Below are positions 56,788 to 64,000 of a DNA stretch of 64,000 nt, one piece after another. This stretch comes from Eledone cirrhosa (Eukaryota). The stretch is taken from assembly GCA_964016885.1 (NCBI GenBank), contig OZ024741.1:81964001-82028000 (forward strand), read 5' to 3'. Within the stretch, counting starts at the first letter, position 1. Each line of letters opens with the position of its first letter. Both the position numbers and the translations under genes were made by a program. The notes under the pieces were generated by a model. The model was not told the origin of the DNA. It did not search any database and was given only the letters and a program-made list of their open reading frames with translations.

Positions 56788-59700
56788 TGGAATAAATGCT
56801 CTGAAATAGCGATATATATGTGAATATAGACATAGAATATTCGAAAATATTCTGTATGTTTATAATAAACATTTTGAAGACCTAATCGCTATAGAATAGA
56901 ATACGTCACGTATTACAATTAGATTCTCGATAAAAGCAAGGGAAGTAATCTACGCGTTTCATTCTCGTTAGAAATCATCAGGACTACATATCCAGTGCTT
57001 TTATCGAGAATGACACAGCTAGAGACTTATAGAATACTTAGCTGTGTACAGGAACTGGTTTGAAAGAGCGGTTGCCGGTCCGGCAGAAATTAGAAATTGG
57101 AATAAATGCTCTGAAATAGCGATATATATGTGAATATAGACATAGAATATTCGAAAATATTCTGTATGTTTATAATAAACATTTTGAAGACCTAATCGCT
57201 ATAGAATAGAATACGTCACGTATTACAATTAGATTCTCGATAAAAGCAAGGGAAGTAATCTACGCGTTTCATTCTCGTTAGAAATCATCAGGACTACATA
57301 TCCAGTGCTTTTATCGAGAATGACACAGCTAGAGACTTATAGAATACTTAGCTGTGTACAGGAACTGGTTTGAAAGAGCGGTTGCCGGTCCGGCAGAAAT
57401 TAGAAATTGGAATAAATGCTCTGAAATAGCGATATATATGTGAATATAGACATAGAATATTCGAAAATATTCTGTATGTTTATAATAAACATTTTGAAGA
57501 CCTAATCGCTATAGAATAGAATATTCTTGCTTTTATCGAGAATCTAATTGTAATACGTGACGTATTCTATTCTATAGCGATTAGGTCTTCAAAATGTTTA
57601 TTATAAACATACAGAATATTTTCGAATATTCTATGTCTATATTCACATATATATCGCTATTTCAGAGCATTTATTCCAATTTCTAATTTCTGCCGGACCG
57701 GCAACCGCTCTTTCAAACCAGTTCCTGTACACAGCTAAGTATTCTATAAGTCTCTAGCTGTGTCATTCTCGATAAAAGCACTGGATATGTAGTCCTGATG
57801 ATTTCTAACGAGAATGAAACGCGTAGATTACTTCCCTTGCTTTTATCGAGAATCTAATTGTAATACGTGACGTATTCTATTCTATAGCGATTAGGTCTTC
57901 AAAATGTTTATTATAAACATACAGAATATTTTCGAATATTCTATGTCTATATTCACATATATATCGCTATTTCAGAGCATTTATTCCAATTTCTAATTTC
58001 TGCCGGACCGGCAACCGCTCTTTCAAACCAGTTCCTGTACACAGCTAAGTATTCTATAAGTCTCTAGCTGTGTCATTCTCGATAAAAGCACTGGATATGT
58101 AGTCCTGATGATTTCTAACGAGAATGAAACGCGTAGATTACTTCCCTTGCTTTTATCGAGAATCTAATTGTAATACGTGACGTATTCTATTCTATAGCGA
58201 TTAGGTCTTCAAAATGTTTATTATAAACATACAGAATATTTTCGAATATTCTATGTCTATATTCACATATATATCGCTATTTCAGAGCATTTATTCCAAT
58301 TTCTAATTTCTGCCGGACCGGCAACCGCTCTTTCAAACCAGTTCCTGTACACAGCTAAGTATTCTATAAGTCTCTAGCTGTGTCATTCTCGATAAAAGCA
58401 CTGGATATGTAGTCCTGATGATTTCTAACGAGAATGAAACGCGTAGATTACTTCCCTTGCTTTTATCGAGAATCTAATTGTAATACGTGACGTATTCTAT
58501 TCTATAGCGATTAGGTCTTCAAAATGTTTATTATAAACATACAGAATATTTTCGAATATTCTATGTCTATATTCACATATATATCGCTATTTCAGAGCAT
58601 TTATTCCAATTTCTAATTTCTGCCGGACCGGCAACCGCTCTTTCAAACCAGTTCCTGTACACAGCTAAGTATTCTATAAGTCTCTAGCTGTGTCATTCTC
58701 GATAAAAGCACTGGATATGTAGTCCTGATGATTTCTAACGAGAATGAAACGCGTAGATTACTTCCCTTGCTTTTATCGAGAATCTAATTGTAATACGTGA
58801 CGTATTCTATTCTATAGCGATTAGGTCTTCAAAATGTTTATTATAAACATACAGAATATTTTCGAATATTCTATGTCTATATTCACATATATATCGCTAT
58901 TTCAGAGCATTTATTCCAATTTCTAATTTCTGCCGGACCGGCAACCGCTCTTTCAAACCAGTTCCTGTACACAGCTAAGTATTCTATAAGTCTCTAGCTG
59001 TGTCATTCTCGATAAAAGCACTGGATATGTAGTCCTGATGATTTCTAACGAGAATGAAACGCGTAGATTACTTCCCTTGCTTTTATCGAGAATCTAATTG
59101 TAATACGTGACGTATTCTATTCTATAGCGATTAGGTCTTCAAAATGTTTATTATAAACATACAGAATATTTTCGAATATTCTATGTCTATATTCACATAT
59201 ATATCGCTATTTCAGAGCATTTATTCCAATTTCTAATTTCTGCCGGACCGGCAACCGCTCTTTCAAACCAGTTCCTGTACACAGCTAAGTATTCTATAAG
59301 TCTCTAGCTGTGTCATTCTCGATAAAAGCACTGGATATGTAGTCCTGATGATTTCTAACGAGAATGAAACGCGTAGATTACTTCCCTTGCTTTTATCGAG
59401 AATCTAATACGTGACGTATTCTATTCTATAGCGATTAGGTCTTCAAAATGTTTATTATAAACATACAGAATATTTTCGAATATTCTATGTCTATATTCAC
59501 ATATATATCGCTATTTCAGAGCATTTATTCCAATTTCTAATTTCTGCCGGACCGGCAACCGCTCTTTCAAACCAGTTCCTGTACACAGCTAAGTATTCTA
59601 TAAGTCTCTAGCTGTGTCATTCTCGATAAAAGCACTGGATATGTAGTCCTGATGATTTCTAACGAGAATGAAACGCGTAGATTACTTCCCTTGCTTTTAT

Positions 59701-60437
59701 CGAGAATCTAATTGTAATACGTGACGTATTCTATTCTATAGCGATTAGGTCTTCAAAATGTTTATTATAAACATACAGAATATTTTCGAATATTCTATGT
59801 CTATATTCACATATATATCGCTATTTCAGAGCATTTATTCCAATTTCTAATTTCTGCCGGACCGGCAACCGCTCTTTCAAACCAGTTCCTGTACACAGCT
59901 AAGTATTCTATAAGTCTCTAGCTGTGTCATTCTCGATAAAAGCACTGGATATGTAGTCCTGATGATTTCTAACGAGAATGAAACGCGTAGATTACTTCCC
60001 TTGCTTTTATCGAGAATCTAATTGTAATACGTGACGTATTCTATTCTATAGCGATTAGGTCTTCAAAATGTTTATTATAAACATACAGAATATTTTCGAA
60101 TATTCTATGTCTATATTCACATATATATCGCTATTTCAGAGCATTTATTCCAATTTCTAATTTCTGCCGGACCGGCAACCGCTCTTTCAAACCAGTTCCT
60201 GTACACAGCTAAGTATTCTATAAGTCTCTAGCTGTGTCATTCTCGATAAAAGCACTGGATATGTAGTCCTGATGATTTCTAACGAGAATGAAACGCGTAG
60301 ATTACTTCCCTTGCTTTTATCGAGAATCTAATTGTAATACGTGACGTATTCTATTCTATAGCGATTAGGTCTTCAAAATGTTTATTATAAACATACAGAA
60401 TATTTTCGAATATTCTATGTCTATATTCACATATATA
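56786..60437. mobile_element. Retrozyme-like satellite: 310-bp monomer, about 2.4 units minus + about 9.4 units plus, one hammerhead per full unit
   Basis: CTGATGA at 57795, 58105, 58415, 58725, 59035, 59345, 59649, 59959, 60269 (+) and 56975-56981, 57285-57291 (-); one 6-bp deletion near 59408; flanked by (TA)n. Confidence 0.92.
57789..57831 (+). ncRNA. Minimal type I hammerhead (representative copy of the 310-bp unit)
   Basis: gtagtc CTGATGA t ttct aacg agaa t GAAA cgcg TA gattac; predicted cleavage after GUA at 57825. Confidence 0.88.
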
Positions 60438-60462
60438 TATATATATATATGTGTGTATGTAA

Positions 60463-60494
<32 letters not shown>

Positions 60495-60497
60495 TGT

Positions 60498-60540
<43 letters not shown>

Positions 60541-60553
60541 TTACATACACACT

Positions 60554-60643
<90 letters not shown>

Positions 60644-60662
60644 CATATATATATATATATAT

Positions 60663-60819
60663 AGCAGGTGAAGCACTGTCCTGGTGAGAGCCAGAGCTCG
60701 AAATGCACATAGGTAGTTGTCCCGCTGGCCTTTCCAAATGTTTATTTATTAAACAAACCGTATAATCTTCAGATAAACGAAATTCAATTACATGTATGCA
60801 TACAGCTATGCCTAGGCAA

Positions 60820-60865
<46 letters not shown>

Positions 60866-61095
60866 TTTTTTCGGTATAGCTGTTTAATAAATAAACATTT
60901 TGAAAGCCCAGCTACCTATGTGCATTTCGAGCTCTGGACAGTGCTTCACCTGCTCTCTGCAGGAACTTGAAACAGGCGAAAATATATAGTTTATCACCAG
61001 TGTAGTAGGGATGATAAGCTCATTTGCATATGAAGCTGTATAAATCGGTTCAACTTAAAAGTAGAATTTGAATTTAGCTTCAGCATAGCTATATA
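60663..61095. mobile_element. Third retrozyme-like family, decayed, inverted arrangement
   Basis: actgtc CTGGTGA gagc caga gctc GAAA tgcaca TA ggtagt at 60675-60717; inverted partial copy about 60883-60955; shares aaatgtttatt..taaaca with the 310-bp unit. Confidence 0.65.
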
Positions 61096-61489
61096 TATAC
61101 ATGCATCTGACTTTCGTAAATGTAAGCCAAACATCGAAATACGCATGGACAGTTGACCCCCGCCGCTTCTGCTGGAATCTGCAAGATAGCGCTGGCCGTC
61201 AGCCTTTCAATATTCATATCACGTTGTTGAGGTGAACATTTCTATATTTGTTTTGATAATTTAAGAAGATAATGAGTTAATAAGATTCTAATGAAAAGTT
61301 CATTGCATTGTTGATTCTGTTGGAGAGTAGTAAACACGCTGGTTTTCGACAATTTTCATCCGTTGTTACCAACTAATTTTCCCCTCTTTTGTATTTCATA
61401 GCTCGAATGGGTGCCAGAAATGTATTAACCCAAAAGCTCGTTAAAACAAAATTGATCTATTGATTTTGTTTTTCATCTTTCTTAGAGAA

Positions 61490-63050
61490 TAAGAAAATAG
61501 AAGCCAAAAAGACAATTTGGCTGCTTGAGAGAAACCCTGAGAGGCAGTTACCTCAGACTCGTCTCCCCTTCAAACTACAAGTGCTCTTTTGTTTTCTTTA
61601 CCATCACGTCGCACTCGGGGAGACAATTTCAGTTGTTGTAAAAACCACTAGCCAGAAGATCCAAGAAGTGTGTGTGTGTGGGGGGGGGGGGGATGCCCCT
61701 ACCTAAACGGAAAACAAAACACCTGCACTTCAATCTAGAAAGAGTGTCAAGGATGAAAAGTAGAAAAGTCAAGGATGACTGATGAAGCAGTTGCAAAGCG
61801 TGAGATATGGAACGGTGATATCACTGACATTTTTGTGATTGCCAGCCAGGCAGTTTTCGACAAAAAATGTCCTGTCTGAAAACAACGCTTTCCTTAAGAC
61901 ACAGCGGGAAGATCGGATGTCTTTATTTCCGGCTAGTGTTGTTCCAGAATATGTGACAGCAATTTAGTTGAAGGAAAAGATGATTCATGATATAAAAATA
62001 AGACAAACAAAGAAGAATGAAGGAGAGATGATGTCCGAGATAGAGCTCTTGAATAGCCGAAATGCAGCTCAGCCATTAATGATCCTGATGATGATGAAAT
62101 CTTCAAGCCAGCACTTCACTGAACATCAACGCAAATAAAGCCGACTCTCGGCGCCACTGTTGTTGTCACAAAAAAAGGTATCGATATGGCAAGCAAGTGT
62201 TTCTCATATCGCAATTGCAAGGATTCTTGATAATGATGTGTCTGAACTCTCCGTTTCCCTCTCAACTGTTTATCGTGCAAGAAAAAGTCACCGAGAGAAG
62301 ATGGCTTAGGAAATCGAGTGAAGACAGGCGCTGGCTAGTTCTCCACTGCGTTAGAGAGTTATTACCATCAGCTTCCTAATCAAGCACATTCGAAGATTGG
62401 AATGACGACTTAATTACAGGAAAAGGAAATAAGGAAACCTTTGATGTTCCGATTGCAAGATAGAACCGGATAACAAATCACTGGTATTATTTTGAAGGAA
62501 ATTAAACGCCTCAAAATTGAGAATATAATAATTGGTATGTCCTTCAACTCCACCGGCAGTAACAGCAGCATGCATCAAGAAGCTAATACGAAAATTGATG
62601 TATCTCGGAAACAATCCCTATTTTAGCAGGCTTGCCGCCATCACATTCTTCAACTGGTTTTGAAGAAAGTATTCGAGATCTTTTTTCGCATTATCCGGTC
62701 CCGGAATCCGAAAGTTACAAACGTTCCAGGAACGTTGGACTCCATTGATTAGTCTCATTATCAATCTATCCCGTGCGATGATGAGCCAGTACAAGATTTT
62801 TATAAACAAAAGAGAGGGGAGGTCGTTGAAAATCTACTGACTACTGTTTTCTGGAGATTATTACCTAGAAGAATATGCTGAGTTCATAAAGCTCTCCCTT
62901 CTCTATCCTGATGGTCGGTTATCTTCCCAGTACCCCAGCAGCTTGCCATCAGGCTCGTTGGATGGCTAAGACCATATATATGAACAGATAATTATGTTCA
63001 AAGAACAACTTAAGCTTACACCACGTGTGTCGAACGTGTTTCACGCTTTA
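61490..63050 (+). pseudogene. Highly decayed hATm-like transposase
   Basis: RLPFKLQVLFCFLYHH, GMSFNSTGSN (cf. CFDTTASNTG), ACRHHILQLVL, HQARWMAKTIY. Confidence 0.75.
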
Positions 63051-64000
63051 CCTCACAAGTTATTGTATATTTTGAATGTCTTCTTTCTGCTTATTTCCAT
63101 TTTATTTATCTACTTATTAACATCTCGAAAAGTGTCGCATGGGACACAGAGATCTGTTTCGGGTGATAGATTTCATCCATACAAAGTATTTCTTTATTTA
63201 ACCCTAATATTATTGTGTATTTAGAATATATTCCACCTGCTTATTTTCATTTGATTTTGTTCTGTTGCGTGGTTTCCTCATTGGATACATTAATATGATC
63301 AGAAAAGACAATATACCAGTGGTCAGGTCCAAACGATGATTCTAAATATGTGAAACTGTGCAACCCTTAGATATTACTCGGCATTCATCGTTATTTAATT
63401 AATTCAAACACGGTCGTAATGAATATGAAGTGACTGGCGATCAGTTTGGAAAATAGAACATCTTAACTTACATAGATACATAGATAGAAAGATACATGGA
63501 TACATGCATACATACATATAGGCATACATATATACATATTTATATTGCATACATACATACTTACATAAATATATATATATATACATTCATACAAAAATAC
63601 ATACATACACAAATACATACATTGGATGCATCTCAGTTTTGAGAATTGCAATCCCTAGGTCGTTTCTTCATACACGGGTGCCACAAAGATGACGTTTTAA
63701 CCGTAGACAGTATTCTGCATATGCTGCATTGAAAGAAAAACGAAACAGTCATGCTCACGCAACACACGTAAAAGTTAATTATATCAATTGTTATCTGTGT
63801 TTGAAGATTTATTAAGTGAAGATAGGTCATGCACTTGACCAATTCCACTCTCTGAACAAGGGTGACAATATTCAAAAACAAGAACAGTTCAACATCATTC
63901 GCAGATTTTACACTAGTTTTCCATCTATTAGACAGATTCCTTAACACGAACTAGAGGTCTTTCACTCCCAGTGGGCTAATCTCGCACTCGGGTACCAAAA

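Noticed and set aside
56786-60437. CRISPR-like array
   Set aside because: Whole 310-bp units are repeated with no variable spacers; eukaryotic context and no cas genes
63633-63947. 104-aa ORF near the window end
   Set aside because: No recognisable motif or splice context

Overview
Eukaryotic, AT-rich, microsatellite-saturated DNA with no confidently identifiable host exon. The SINE types and (TA)n/(CA)n/(TAC)n load suggest an octopus-like cephalopod (inference). Almost all recognisable content is transposon-derived: decayed RTE, Tx1 and R4/Dong-like LINEs, tRNA-type SINEs, a deleted mariner, three hAT-superfamily transposase relics (one 8.6-kb Buster with TIRs and an 8-bp TSD), and Neptune-type Penelope-like elements (PLEs). 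The main signal is about ten distinct families of short non-coding elements inserted in (TA)n tracts. Most form fold-back (inverted) structures and carry a minimal type I hammerhead ribozyme (HHR) motif. They include a near-perfect head-to-head array of a 310-bp retrozyme-like monomer with 11 HHR copies (56786-60437) and a related 319-bp array whose core has the compensatory U3-A8 swap (27864-28980). All folds and coordinates were read by eye; nothing was computed or searched.
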